Assembly: GCF_000026545.1 (NCBI RefSeq)
Contig: NC_011601.1
From: Escherichia coli O127:H6 str. E2348/69
Lineage (GTDB): Bacteria; Pseudomonadota; Gammaproteobacteria; Enterobacterales; Enterobacteriaceae
DNA length: 64,000 bases
Reading direction: 5' to 3' (one strand)
The notes under the pieces are model-generated. The model was not told the DNA's origin, did no database searches, and worked only from the letters and a program-made list of their open reading frames with translations. Of this stretch, positions 13,109 to 23,127 are shown piece by piece. The stretch's first letter is position 1. The number at the start of each line of letters is the position of its first letter. A program made the position numbers and the translations under genes.

Positions 13109-14311
13109 ATGACGCAATACTCCTCTCTCCTTCGTGGTCTTGCAGCGGGTTCTGCATTTTTATTCCTTTTTGCCCCAACGGCATTCGCGGCGGAACAAAC
13201 CGTTGAAGCGCCGAGCGTGGATGCGCGTGCATGGATTTTAATGGATTACGCCAGCGGTAAAGTGCTGGCAGAAGGCAATGCGGATGAGAAACTGGATCCC
13301 GCGAGCCTGACTAAAATTATGACCAGCTATGTGGTTGGGCAGGCGCTTAAGGCCGATAAGATTAAACTCACCGATATGGTGACGGTCGGTAAAGATGCCT
13401 GGGCGACGGGAAATCCGGCACTGCGTGGTTCATCGGTAATGTTCCTCAAACCGGGCGATCAGGTTTCGGTGGCAGACTTGAACAAAGGTGTGATTATCCA
13501 GTCCGGTAATGACGCCTGTATTGCGCTGGCTGATTACGTTGCCGGGAGCCAGGAGTCATTTATTGGTTTGATGAATGGTTATGCCAAAAAACTGGGTCTG
13601 ACCAACACTACCTTCCAGACGGTGCACGGCCTGGATGCGCCGGGGCAGTTCAGTACCGCGCGCGATATGGCATTGCTGGGTAAAGCATTGATCCACGATG
13701 TGCCGGAAGAGTACGCCATTCATAAAGAGAAAGAGTTCACCTTCAACAAAATTCGTCAGCCTAACCGTAATCGTCTGCTGTGGAGCAGCAATCTGAATGT
13801 TGATGGCATGAAGACAGGAACCACGGCAGGCGCGGGATATAATCTGGTTGCTTCGGCTACCCAGGGCGATATGCGTTTAATCTCCGTAGTGCTGGGGGCG
13901 AAAACTGACCGTATCCGTTTTAATGAGTCTGAGAAATTATTGACCTGGGGTTTCCGCTTCTTTGAAACCGTGACGCCAATTAAACCTGATGCCACATTTG
14001 TGACTCAGCGCGTCTGGTTTGGTGATAAGAGCGAAGTGAATCTCGGGGCAGGCGAAGCGGGCTCAGTGACCATACCGCGTGGGCAGCTGAAAAACCTGAA
14101 GGCGAGTTATACGTTAACGGAACCGCAGCTTACCGCACCGCTGAAAAAAGGTCAGGTTGTCGGCACCATTGATTTCCAGCTTAACGGTAAATCCATTGAG
14201 CAGCGTCCGCTGATCGTGATGGAAAATGTGGAAGAGGGCGGATTCTTTGGTCGGATGTGGGATTTCGTGATGATGAAATTCCATCAGTGGTTCGGCAGCT
14301 GGTTCTCTTAA
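13109..14311 (+). CDS. dacC: D-alanyl-D-alanine carboxypeptidase (PBP6)
   Basis: Signal peptide; SxxK motif in ASLTKIM; SGN motif in IQSGNDA; 400 aa from [10 protein letters not shown]. Confidence 0.9.
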   Translation: MTQYSSLLRGLAAGSAFLFLFAPTAFAAEQTVEAPSVDARAWILMDYASGKVLAEGNADEKLDPASLTKIMTSYVVGQALKADKIKLTDMVTVGKDAWATGNPALRGSSVMFLKPGDQVSVADLNKGVIIQSGNDACIALADYVAGSQESFIGLMNGYAKKLGLTNTTFQTVHGLDAPGQFSTARDMALLGKALIHDVPEEYAIHKEKEFTFNKIRQPNRNRLLWSSNLNVDGMKTGTTAGAGYNLVASATQGDMRLISVVLGAKTDRIRFNESEKLLTWGFRFFETVTPIKPDATFVTQRVWFGDKSEVNLGAGEAGSVTIPRGQLKNLKASYTLTEPQLTAPLKKGQVVGTIDFQLNGKSIEQRPLIVMENVEEGGFFGRMWDFVMMKFHQWFGSWFS

Positions 14312-14318
14312 TCTTCTG

Positions 14319-14351
14319 ATAACCGGATGGCGCGAAACGTCATCCGGTTAT
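14319..14351. terminator. Bidirectional hairpin between convergent dacC and deoR
   Basis: Perfect 11-bp inverted repeat ATAACCGGATG / CATCCGGTTAT with 11-nt loop. Confidence 0.6.
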
Positions 14352-14357
14352 ACGTCA

Positions 14358-15116
14358 TTAATACATCAACTTAATACGCTGCGTCTGCGCGTACTTCACA
14401 TACTCATCTTCCGGGCAACAATCGCTCACAACAATATCAAAGCGTTTCAGGTCACCCATGCGCGCCGGACGCACCTTGCCAAATTTACTGTGGTCGACAA
14501 CCAGCACATGCTTTTGCGCCATCGACATGGCCCAGTGTTTTACCGGCAACTCTTCAAGATTAAAGCAGGTAGCGCCTTTACTGACATGCACGCCCGCAGC
14601 GGAATAAAAAGCGATATCCGGGCAAAAATTATTCAGCGTTTGCTGAAAATCGATGGGTTTGAAAATGGCGTTGCTGGCGTGAAATTCACCACCGCAAAGA
14701 AACGCGCGGCAATGGGGTTTCTCTTTCAGCGCCAGAAAAGTATTTAGCGAATAACAAACGGCGGTAAAAGGGATTTCATTATCAATTGCTTCAATAATCC
14801 ACGGCGTGGTGGTGCCACAGTCAAAAAAGAGGGTCTGATCGGGTTCTATCAGCGTCGCAGCCAGTTTTGCCGCCCGGCGTTTTTCTTCCACCAGGCGGGA
14901 TTTTTGATCGCTTAACAGGTAATGGCTGGCGCTGCGTGGTTCCAGAACAATATAGCCGCCGAGCAAAACGACGGGCGCACTGTGGTTGTTCAGATCGCGA
15001 CGAATCGTCATCTCCGAAACCCCAAGCAGGGCGGCGGCGTCTTTAAGATGTAACTTATCACTGCGTTTTAATTCTTGCAGCAGCTGCCCGATACGCTCTT
15101 CGCGACGTGTTTCCAT
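14358..15116 (-). CDS. deoR: DeoR-family transcriptional repressor of the deo operon
   Basis: 252 aa; N-terminal HTH; DeoR C-terminal sugar-phosphate binding domain. Confidence 0.9.
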   Translation of the reverse strand: METRREERIGQLLQELKRSDKLHLKDAAALLGVSEMTIRRDLNNHSAPVVLLGGYIVLEPRSASHYLLSDQKSRLVEEKRRAAKLAATLIEPDQTLFFDCGTTTPWIIEAIDNEIPFTAVCYSLNTFLALKEKPHCRAFLCGGEFHASNAIFKPIDFQQTLNNFCPDIAFYSAAGVHVSKGATCFNLEELPVKHWAMSMAQKHVLVVDHSKFGKVRPARMGDLKRFDIVVSDCCPEDEYVKYAQTQRIKLMY

Positions 15117-15173
15117 AATCCCTCTGAATAGTTATTGAAGCGAGCCGCTCAATACTACACTTTTTAGCAGAGA

Positions 15174-15770
15174 TCAGTCACGCACCCAGCCTTTGCGGAT
15201 CGGTAATGCAAAACAGAAGCGATACCACGATTGCAGACGTTGATAGAGTTTATGCCCCATCGCTTGCCAGATAATCTGGGCGCTAAGGCAGCCAATCATA
15301 CCTGCCAGCAATCCACCGAGCATATCCAGCGGCCAGTGGACGCCAAGATAAACGCGCGACCAGGCAATGACGACGGCCAGCACCATTAAAAGTGAGCCGG
15401 ACCACAGGCGATGCCAGCATAAAAATGCCAGTGCAAAGGTGAAAATCACCGTACCGTGATCGCTCGGGAATGAGTCATCCGCCGCATGATGCAGGAAGTT
15501 ATAGCCGATATTTTCGACAAAGGGTCGGTCGTGCGGAAAAAGATGTCCCATCGTCCAGGACACAAACAGGCTGACCGCCAGCGCGATAGCGATTTTTATC
15601 ACCAGTTGCCGTTGTGCTGTAAGCCCCCACAACCAAAGTACTGCGGCCAGCAACGGCACCACGGTAATCAAATCTTTAGCAATAAAAATCGCCAACGAGA
15701 TCATCCACGGCGCAGAGTCTGGCGTTGCGTTAATAAGAGAGAATAGAGAGAGATTCAAATTTTCCAGCAT
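15174..15770 (-). CDS. ybjG: Undecaprenyl-pyrophosphate phosphatase (PAP2 family)
   Basis: 198-aa polytopic membrane protein with PAP2 motifs (PSDH, GVHWPLD); start chosen at MLENLNLSLF. Confidence 0.85.
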   Translation of the reverse strand: MLENLNLSLFSLINATPDSAPWMISLAIFIAKDLITVVPLLAAVLWLWGLTAQRQLVIKIAIALAVSLFVSWTMGHLFPHDRPFVENIGYNFLHHAADDSFPSDHGTVIFTFALAFLCWHRLWSGSLLMVLAVVIAWSRVYLGVHWPLDMLGGLLAGMIGCLSAQIIWQAMGHKLYQRLQSWYRFCFALPIRKGWVRD

Positions 15771-16054
15771 AACTTCCCGACACAAAGTGATTAAAAGGGA
15801 GCCAATACAGGCAAGTCGTTGAGAATAAAGTGCAGGTTAAACTGGGTAAAGCGGCATCGTCTTATTTCCCTCAAGCGGCCTGTTTACGGTAGGTGATTGT
15901 AACGGGCAAAGGTTAAATAAAACTTAAAGAAAGCGTAGCTATACTCGCAATAATGTAAGAATGTGCTTAACAGTGGTTTCAGCTACAAAATTTGCTTTCT
16001 CGTTAGCTGCGCTTTTATTAAACTTTGCGCGATTATTATTGGCGAAGAAATTGC

Positions 16055-17287
16055 ATGCAAAATAAATTAGCTTCCGGTGCCAGGCTTGGACGTCAGGCGT
16101 TACTTTTCCCTCTCTGTCTGGTGCTTTACGAATTTTCAACCTATATCGGCAACGATATGATTCAACCCGGTATGTTGGCCGTGGTGGAACAATATCAGGC
16201 GGGCATTGATTGGGTTCCTACTTCGATGACCGCGTATCTGGCGGGCGGGATGTTTTTACAATGGCTCCTGGGGCCGTTGTCGGATCGTATTGGCCGCCGT
16301 CCGGTGATGTTGGCGGGAGTGGTGTGGTTTATTGTCACCTGTCTGGCAATATTACTGGCGCAAAACATTGAACAATTCACCCTGTTGCGCTTCTTGCAGG
16401 GCATAAGCCTCTGTTTCATTGGCGCTGTGGGATACGCCGCAATTCAGGAATCCTTCGAAGAGGCGGTTTGTATCAAGATCACCGCGCTGATGGCGAACGT
16501 GGCGCTGATTGCTCCGCTACTTGGTCCGCTGGTGGGCGCGGCGTGGATCCATGTGCTGCCCTGGGAGGGGATGTTTGTTTTGTTTGCCGCATTGGCAGCG
16601 ATCTCCTTTTTCGGTCTGCAACGAGCCATGCCTGAAACCGCCACGCGTATAGGCGAGAAACTGTCGCTGAAAGAACTCGGTCGTGACTATAAGCTGGTGC
16701 TGAAGAACGGCCGCTTTGTGGCGGGGGCGCTGGCGCTGGGATTCGTTAGCCTGCCGTTGCTGGCGTGGATCGCCCAGTCGCCGATTATCATCATTACCGG
16801 TGAGCAGTTGAGCAGCTATGAATATGGTTTGCTGCAAGTGCCTATTTTCGGGGCGTTAATTGCGGGTAACTTGCTGTTAGCGCGTCTGACCTCGCGCCGC
16901 ACCGTACGTTCGCTGATTATTATGGGCGGCTGGCCGATTATGATTGGTCTGTTGGTCGCTGCTGCGGCAACGGTTATCTCATCGCACGCGTATTTATGGA
17001 TGACCGCCGGGTTAAGTATTTATGCTTTCGGCATTGGTCTGGCGAATGCGGGACTGGTGCGATTAACCCTGTTTGCCAGCGATATGAGTAAAGGTACGGT
17101 TTCTGCGGCGATGGGAATGCTGCAAATGCTGATCTTTACCGTCGGTATTGAAATCAGCAAACATGCCTGGCTGAACGGGGGCAACGGACTGTTTAATCTC
17201 TTCAACCTTGTCAACGGCATTTTGTGGCTGTCGCTGATGGTTATCTTTTTAAAAGATAAACAGATGGGAAATTCGCACGAAGGGTAA
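16055..17287 (+). CDS. mdfA: Multidrug efflux MFS transporter
   Basis: 410 aa from [20 protein letters not shown]; 12-TM MFS-like hydropathy. Confidence 0.9.
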
Positions 17288-17290
17288 AAA

Positions 17291-17321
17291 AATGCCTGAT
17301 TGCTTTGTGCGATCAGGCATT
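17291..17321. terminator. Hairpin between convergent mdfA and ybjH
   Basis: AATGCCTGAT ... ATCAGGCATT inverted repeat, A-run on the + side. Confidence 0.55.
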
Positions 17322-17327
17322 CTCGAA

Positions 17328-17612
17328 TTAATGGTGATGGTCGTCAATCTGGTGTTCGATAACCATCCCTTCACTTACGCTGGCAAGATGGCGAACATAA
17401 GGATGCGGGCGGTAAGCCGGAGCTGGCGCAGGAGCCACATAGACGGTTTGCGGCACAGTCGCGACGCTGACCGCTTGTGGAACGCTGACTGAATCAGGAA
17501 CCACAACCACTTTGTATCCACTCGGCACATCGACGGTGACACTTTGCGCCATCGCCACACCAGTAAAGCCCATTAAAAGCGCGCCCAACAGTAGACAATT
17601 TTTCATAATCAT
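17328..17612 (-). CDS. ybjH: Small secreted protein YbjH
   Basis: 94 aa with signal peptide MIMKNCLLLGALLMGFTGVAMA. Confidence 0.8.
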   Translation of the reverse strand: MIMKNCLLLGALLMGFTGVAMAQSVTVDVPSGYKVVVVPDSVSVPQAVSVATVPQTVYVAPAPAPAYRPHPYVRHLASVSEGMVIEHQIDDHHH

Positions 17613-17697
17613 TTTGCCTGAAATAATGCAGTGGGTTAATTTCCGCGAATTATGCAGCCTTCATTCAGGCATTGTGTTGCCGGGCGTGCTGCCGTTT

Positions 17698-18513
17698 TTA
17701 TTGCTTAAATGGCACTTCGTGTTTAAGAACTTTATCGATCACATCCAGTACGCCTTCACGGTTATTGGAGCCTGCCCGGTATTTAGCCGCTGCGACGACC
17801 GCGCTGCCGGCATTTTCCATTGCAAAACTAAAGCCTGCTTGACGCAGCATCTCAATATCGTTACCACCATCGCCAAAGACCACCACTTCGCTGTCGTCTA
17901 TTCCCCATAATTTCTGCAGTTGGCGAAGGCCATTGGCTTTATGTACACCGGGGATAATCAGATCGATGCTGCCGTTGCCGGTATGGACCGGTACCATGAT
18001 ATCGCCGATGGCCTCATGTAATGCTTTTTGCACTTGTGGGATCAGTTCGTCAGAGAGATTAAGGCCAAATTTAAAGAAGATATCTTCTAAGTTGTCAAAG
18101 TTATCGACGTATTCCAGACGGTGATAATACATTTCCGCCACCGTTTTCATGGCATCGTCATATTTTTTGAGGGTATAGGCGCTATTTTTTCCGCAGGCAA
18201 TAATTTCCACTTCCGGGCGCGTCAGCAAATGTTCCACGACAGTAGTAAACGCATCCTTCGACAGCTCGCCATTAAAAACATCTTTGCCTTCGCTCACTAC
18301 CCAGCCGCCGTTTTCAGCCACAAAGGCAATTTCATTAGCAATTTCAGGAAAGAAAGAGATCAACTGATAATATTGATTCCCGCTGGCGACCACAAAGCGA
18401 ATGCCTTGTGCTTTCATTTGCTGATACTGAGCCATAAACCGCTCACGGTTATAGGTTTTTTGATCGCTTAAGAAAGTACCATCCATGTCTACCGCAATTA
18501 ATTTAATGCTCAT
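17698..18513 (-). CDS. ybjI: HAD-family sugar/FMN phosphatase
   Basis: HAD motif I in LIAVDMDGT near N-terminus; 271 aa. Confidence 0.85.
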   Translation of the reverse strand: MSIKLIAVDMDGTFLSDQKTYNRERFMAQYQQMKAQGIRFVVASGNQYYQLISFFPEIANEIAFVAENGGWVVSEGKDVFNGELSKDAFTTVVEHLLTRPEVEIIACGKNSAYTLKKYDDAMKTVAEMYYHRLEYVDNFDNLEDIFFKFGLNLSDELIPQVQKALHEAIGDIMVPVHTGNGSIDLIIPGVHKANGLRQLQKLWGIDDSEVVVFGDGGNDIEMLRQAGFSFAMENAGSAVVAAAKYRAGSNNREGVLDVIDKVLKHEVPFKQ

Positions 18514-19721
18514 CAACTATTCTCCATCGCCGTCTGCGTTTTGGTATCGGGTTTGGCGACGGCTTTCGCGACAATAGCCGCGAGAATAACCAGCGCCAGT
18601 ACAACCATCATTGCACTACGTAATCCATAATGTTCGCCGAGATAGCCCAGCAGCGGCGGCCCGACGAGGAAAGCCAGATAACCGGTCGTAGCTACCACGC
18701 TGACGCGGGTTGGTGCATCGGGGCCGGTATCGCTGGCGGCAGAAATAGTCAGCGGGAAGCCCAACGAGGCACCCAGTCCCCAAAGTACAACAGACACCCC
18801 AGCGACCCAGGCGCTATCGACAAAAATAATCAGCCCAATACCCAACGCCCCCATTAGTGCACTGGCCCGAACCACGGCAACGCGACTGTAACGGTCAATG
18901 AACCAACCGCCGGTAAAGCGTCCAACGGTCATCCCCAGGGTAAAACCGGCATAAATCAGCGAGCCGGAAGTAGGGCTAAAACCGTGACCGTCAACCATTA
19001 ATAAGGGTAACCAGTCGTTGGCAGAACCTTCGGCAAAGGCCATCGCCAGCACCACAACACCAATCAGCAGCAACTGGATATCGCGATAAAAAGGTACGCC
19101 TTTTTCACCATGCTGGGTGCCATCGGCAGCATTTTTGCCCGTACCGTCAGGGATTGCCTGAATGGCGATATAAATAGGTGCGATGCCTACCAGCGCCGCC
19201 AATAAAATATGCACCGTTGCCGGAACGCCAAAGGCCGTAAGTGCCATCCCGACACCTGCGCCTGCCAGAGTGCCCAGGCTATAAAAACCGTGCATCATCG
19301 GTAAAACCGTCTTATTCATTTCTCTCTCAACGGTGGCACCTTCAACGTTTATCGCCACTTCCGCAGAACCAAAACTAGCCCCAAAGACGCCGAGACCAAC
19401 GGCAAAGAGCAAGGGCGATGTCAGCCAGAGTGCCAGACTTAATATCATCATCCCAATCAATGCGCAGGACATCGTCACAAGGATGACATTACGCGTCCCA
19501 AAGCGTTTCACTAACCACGCCGAGCAGAGAATACCGCTCATTGAACCGATCGACAGACCAAAGAGGACTCCGCCCATTTCAGCGATCGAAACAGAAAGAA
19601 TATCGCGGATAGCAGGCGTACGGGTTGCCCAGGACGCCATTAACAGGCCCGGCAAAAAGAAGAACATAAACAGCGCCCAGGTTCGGCGTTTCAATGCATT
19701 ACGTGAAGAATTTACGGTCAT
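18513..19721 (-). CDS. ybjJ: MFS-type inner membrane transporter
   Basis: 402-aa polytopic membrane protein; overlaps ybjI start. Confidence 0.85.
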   Translation of the reverse strand: MTVNSSRNALKRRTWALFMFFFLPGLLMASWATRTPAIRDILSVSIAEMGGVLFGLSIGSMSGILCSAWLVKRFGTRNVILVTMSCALIGMMILSLALWLTSPLLFAVGLGVFGASFGSAEVAINVEGATVEREMNKTVLPMMHGFYSLGTLAGAGVGMALTAFGVPATVHILLAALVGIAPIYIAIQAIPDGTGKNAADGTQHGEKGVPFYRDIQLLLIGVVVLAMAFAEGSANDWLPLLMVDGHGFSPTSGSLIYAGFTLGMTVGRFTGGWFIDRYSRVAVVRASALMGALGIGLIIFVDSAWVAGVSVVLWGLGASLGFPLTISAASDTGPDAPTRVSVVATTGYLAFLVGPPLLGYLGEHYGLRSAMMVVLALVILAAIVAKAVAKPDTKTQTAMENS

Positions 19722-19804
19722 AGATCACGTCAAAATAAGAAGAGGGAAGACAACATTAGCAAGGTTGTGTACATTTGTACACAATTGCAGAGAGAGGAAA
19801 TGAC

Positions 19805-20341
19805 ATGCGTCGCGCTAACGATCCGCAACGGCGAGAAAAAATTATCCAGGCCACGCTGGAGGCGGTGAAACTTTACGGAATACATGCTGTTACACACCGC
19901 AAAATTGCTACCCTTGCCGGGGTGCCGTTGGGATCGATGACCTACTATTTTTCAGGCATTGATGAGTTGTTGCTGGAGGCGTTCAGCCGTTTTACTGAGA
20001 TCATGTCCCGGCAATATCAGGCATTTTTTAGCGATGTTAGTGATGCTCCAGGCGCATGCCAGGCTATCACCGATATGATCTACAGCTCACAGGTCGCAAC
20101 GCCGGATAATATGGAGCTGATGTACCAGCTCTACGCGCTGGCTAGCCGAAAACCGCTATTAAAAACGGTAATGCAAAACTGGATGCAGCGCAGTCAACAA
20201 ACGCTCGAACAATGGTTTGAACCCGGAACCGCCCGCGCGCTTGATGCGTTTATTGAGGGGATGACGCTGCATTTTGTCACCGACCGTAAGCCGCTATCAC
20301 GCGAGGAGATTTTGAGGATGGTTGAGAGGATTGCTGGGTAG
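19805..20341 (+). CDS. rcdA: TetR-family transcriptional regulator RcdA
   Basis: 178 aa from [21 protein letters not shown]; TetR-type N-terminal HTH. Confidence 0.85.
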   Translation: MRRANDPQRREKIIQATLEAVKLYGIHAVTHRKIATLAGVPLGSMTYYFSGIDELLLEAFSRFTEIMSRQYQAFFSDVSDAPGACQAITDMIYSSQVATPDNMELMYQLYALASRKPLLKTVMQNWMQRSQQTLEQWFEPGTARALDAFIEGMTLHFVTDRKPLSREEILRMVERIAG

Positions 20342-20344
20342 TAG

Positions 20345-20370
20345 ATAAATTTCAGGCAACAAAAAACCCA
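20345..20370. repeat. attL core (26-bp direct repeat)
   Basis: Identical 26-mer found again at 54489..54514. Confidence 0.85.
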
Positions 20371-20445
20371 TTTATGTAAACGGGTTAATGAAAACAATAA
20401 CTTAGAGTAAAAACAATAAGTTGGGTTGGTGGTCAGTGGTGGTTA

Positions 20446-21498
20446 TTACGGGGTAATGCCAACCGCTGCCGCCACTTTGTCGCCACTTGGCAGCGTTGCC
20501 AGAGGATTGAAACGGAGCGCCGTTTCCAGATGATCCGGTGCCAGATGTGCGTAACGCATAGTCATTTTTATATCGTGGTGTCCGAGAATTTTTTGTAAAG
20601 CCAGAATGTTTCCACCCGACATCATGAAGTGCGCCGCAAACGTATGGCGCAGAACGTGTGTGGGTTGACCGCGAGGGAGCACGATAGACGTTTTTTCCAT
20701 CACGGATAAAAATTGAAAATAGCAGTCTGTGAAGAAATTGAACCCATCAAGCGCCATGATCTCTTCGTAAAGCTCTTTACTGATAGGGATGCTTCTGTTT
20801 TTCTTCCCCTTCGCTCTTACAAAGGTAATTCGGTATTTGGTCACCTGTGAGCGGGTAAGATTTACGTCTTCTCGCCAGCGTGCGCCTGTGCTTAAGCATA
20901 TCTTAACTACCAGTGCCAGAATTGGGTCCTGACGTTTGCAATCAGCTAGTAATTCAACAATCTGCTCATGGGTAAGCCATGCCATCTCTTTTTCTGCGAT
21001 GGTGAATTTTCGCATGTTCTCCAGTGGGTTCGGATACGACCATTCGCCCAGGCGGGATAGTTCGCTAAAAACACTACTTAGATAGCTTTGCTCCAGGTTA
21101 ATGGTGACCGGGCTTGCTCCTTTCTTCCATTTCTCACTGAAGTAGATCTCACCTGTCAGGCGTTTATCTCGATAGTGGGCAAACATTTTAGAGGTTAGAT
21201 CAGTTGCAAGGGGATTGCCCAGAGCGTCAACCATCAGCAGCAATTTGTCATAGACATGCTGCCCAGCAGTCAGAGATTTACCATGTAGTTTGAACCATAG
21301 CTCAACCACGTCTTTCAGTGTTCGACGATCCACTGATTCACCCAGCCAGGGCTTTGCTTCGGTTTCTTCCATCGTGTGACGCTCAAAAGCCAGTGCTTCG
21401 CCTTTGGTGGCGAATTGTTTACGCACACGACGCCCACTACGTCCGGCGGGGTAACATTCGCAAAGCCATTTTCCTGTGGTGAGTTTTCGTACTGCCAT
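20446..21498 (-). CDS. int: Tyrosine integrase, P2 Int-like
   Basis: 350 aa; similarity to P2 Int by eye; C-terminal catalytic region with RHTFA, HxxR and terminal Tyr motifs (LGHHDIKMTMRYAH). Confidence 0.9.
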   Translation of the reverse strand: MAVRKLTTGKWLCECYPAGRSGRRVRKQFATKGEALAFERHTMEETEAKPWLGESVDRRTLKDVVELWFKLHGKSLTAGQHVYDKLLLMVDALGNPLATDLTSKMFAHYRDKRLTGEIYFSEKWKKGASPVTINLEQSYLSSVFSELSRLGEWSYPNPLENMRKFTIAEKEMAWLTHEQIVELLADCKRQDPILALVVKICLSTGARWREDVNLTRSQVTKYRITFVRAKGKKNRSIPISKELYEEIMALDGFNFFTDCYFQFLSVMEKTSIVLPRGQPTHVLRHTFAAHFMMSGGNILALQKILGHHDIKMTMRYAHLAPDHLETALRFNPLATLPSGDKVAAAVGITP

Positions 21499-21504
21499 AA
21501 TAAA

Positions 21505-21553
21505 GCCCTCATATCAGAGGGCTAAATTTAACTGTATGTTTGACCAGTGGTCA
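21505..21553. promoter_or_regulatory. Hairpin plus perfect 15-bp palindrome between KAP-NTPase gene and int
   Basis: GCCCTC-atatca-GAGGGC hairpin (21505..21522), then TTGACCAgTGGTCAA palindrome (21539..21553) flanked by TGTATG repeats. Confidence 0.35.
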
Positions 21554-21584
21554 ATGTATGGTTTAGTTTATTCAAACAATGCTT

Positions 21585-23102
21585 TTAATCAAATGATGTG
21601 GCCAGTTCAATTAATTCAATGTAATTATGTAAGGCATAAAAAGATGTATTCAGACCATTCTCTATAAGGGCTCCTTGCAAATACTTTATAGCTGTATCAC
21701 CATCAATAGGGCCTTGTTGAGATATAATCATTAGTGAATTTTGCCCATTGTTTTTTATACTTGATTTAAGCATGTTTATATTATTAATAAAATACAATGC
21801 AACATCTAAGTAATTTATTAATGTTAAATTTATTTTGGGCTCAATCTGTGAGATGAATAATCTACTGCTCGCCGTTCTATAGATATAATTGACACCTATT
21901 CTTTGCTGATTTGTATCAAGATTTAATTCAAGGATGGCTTGAGAAACACCTTTTAAATTGGAGCTTTGCTTTATCGAATCAGTGAAACGTTGTGCTGCAT
22001 TTCTTCGACCAATTAGTCCATCTATAATTTGACGTTCCTTATCATATATAATCATTAGCGAAATTATAAAAATATAATCTACTTTCTTTTTGACTAAATC
22101 AGATTTAAGAATGTCTATTAACCTTTCAGTATTTCGGATTGAGTCTCTTAGATTTAACCCAAATGCTTCAAATACGTTGGAAATATTTATTGAAAAGTCT
22201 TCTAATGTTGCTGTTAGTGGGTGTGTTTTTGATGTGATATTTTCAAAATCGGTACCAATATAATCACCAACAACACCATTAATTAAATCTTTAAGCTCAG
22301 GTTGTTTTAAAGTAAATCTTCTATGAAAAAAACGGCCTAAATAGTCATTTGCGGAAAAATCATTACCGTAAACATTCTTGATTGAATGTTGTAATTGATC
22401 TGTGTCAGTAGCAATAATAAAGACAAAATTTTTAATATCGAATATATGTTTAACAATCTCTAAAAGAGAAATTGCATAATCTGGCCTGCATCTGTCTAAT
22501 TCATCTATAAAGATAAATATAGGACATGAAAAACTATTTTCATATGCCAACCTAGACCATAACGTTAGTTCTTTTTTTAATACCTTAATGCTCTTCAGTT
22601 TTTCCTGGTGTTCCTTCAGCATTATTAATGAGGCTTCTTTGGCTATATCACCTACGTTATCTACTCCTGCATAAGTCTTGATTAGGCCAGATATGATTTC
22701 AGGTAGAACACCTTTTGTAAAGCGTCCGATAGCATGGCCGCTTTGTATCAATCGAGCATCAAGTTTTCCTGCATATGTTTGCAATTGTTGTGACAAAGAA
22801 GAAAAAAGGGTTAAAAATGCATCATCAGAAAAGTCTTGCTTCCAGGCATCAATGTAAACGCATGGGTGTGCATCTTTTATTGAGTTATAAAATCTCTTTA
22901 TGAAAAAACTTTTACCAGCTCCCCATTCTGCATTAAGGTTGATTACCGTGTTGTTCTTTTGCCCCTTTTCCTTAAGATAAAAATATAGATATTCTGCATA
23001 GTGTCTCCGATTAAGTTTGTCTTTGGAAAGAATTTCCTCTTCGTCGTCTAATATAAAGGTAGTTTCTTCATCCCAGTTCCAATTACAATCACCACATTTC
23101 AC
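21585..23102 (-). CDS. KAP-family P-loop NTPase (cargo; candidate defence/abortive-infection protein)
   Basis: Walker A in NAEWGAGKSFF and Walker B in IFIFIDELDRCRPD, the spacing and context typical of KAP NTPases; AT-rich; not part of P2 or 186 core. Confidence 0.7.
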   Translation of the reverse strand: MKCGDCNWNWDEETTFILDDEEEILSKDKLNRRHYAEYLYFYLKEKGQKNNTVINLNAEWGAGKSFFIKRFYNSIKDAHPCVYIDAWKQDFSDDAFLTLFSSLSQQLQTYAGKLDARLIQSGHAIGRFTKGVLPEIISGLIKTYAGVDNVGDIAKEASLIMLKEHQEKLKSIKVLKKELTLWSRLAYENSFSCPIFIFIDELDRCRPDYAISLLEIVKHIFDIKNFVFIIATDTDQLQHSIKNVYGNDFSANDYLGRFFHRRFTLKQPELKDLINGVVGDYIGTDFENITSKTHPLTATLEDFSINISNVFEAFGLNLRDSIRNTERLIDILKSDLVKKKVDYIFIISLMIIYDKERQIIDGLIGRRNAAQRFTDSIKQSSNLKGVSQAILELNLDTNQQRIGVNYIYRTASSRLFISQIEPKINLTLINYLDVALYFINNINMLKSSIKNNGQNSLMIISQQGPIDGDTAIKYLQGALIENGLNTSFYALHNYIELIELATSFD

Positions 23103-23127
23103 TATGAAGTCTCCATGAAAAATTTAC

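Noticed and set aside
20345-20445. tRNA or tmRNA gene at the integration site
   Set aside because: No cloverleaf-capable sequence or conserved tRNA boxes seen at either junction; the att core lies in an intergenic hairpin region.
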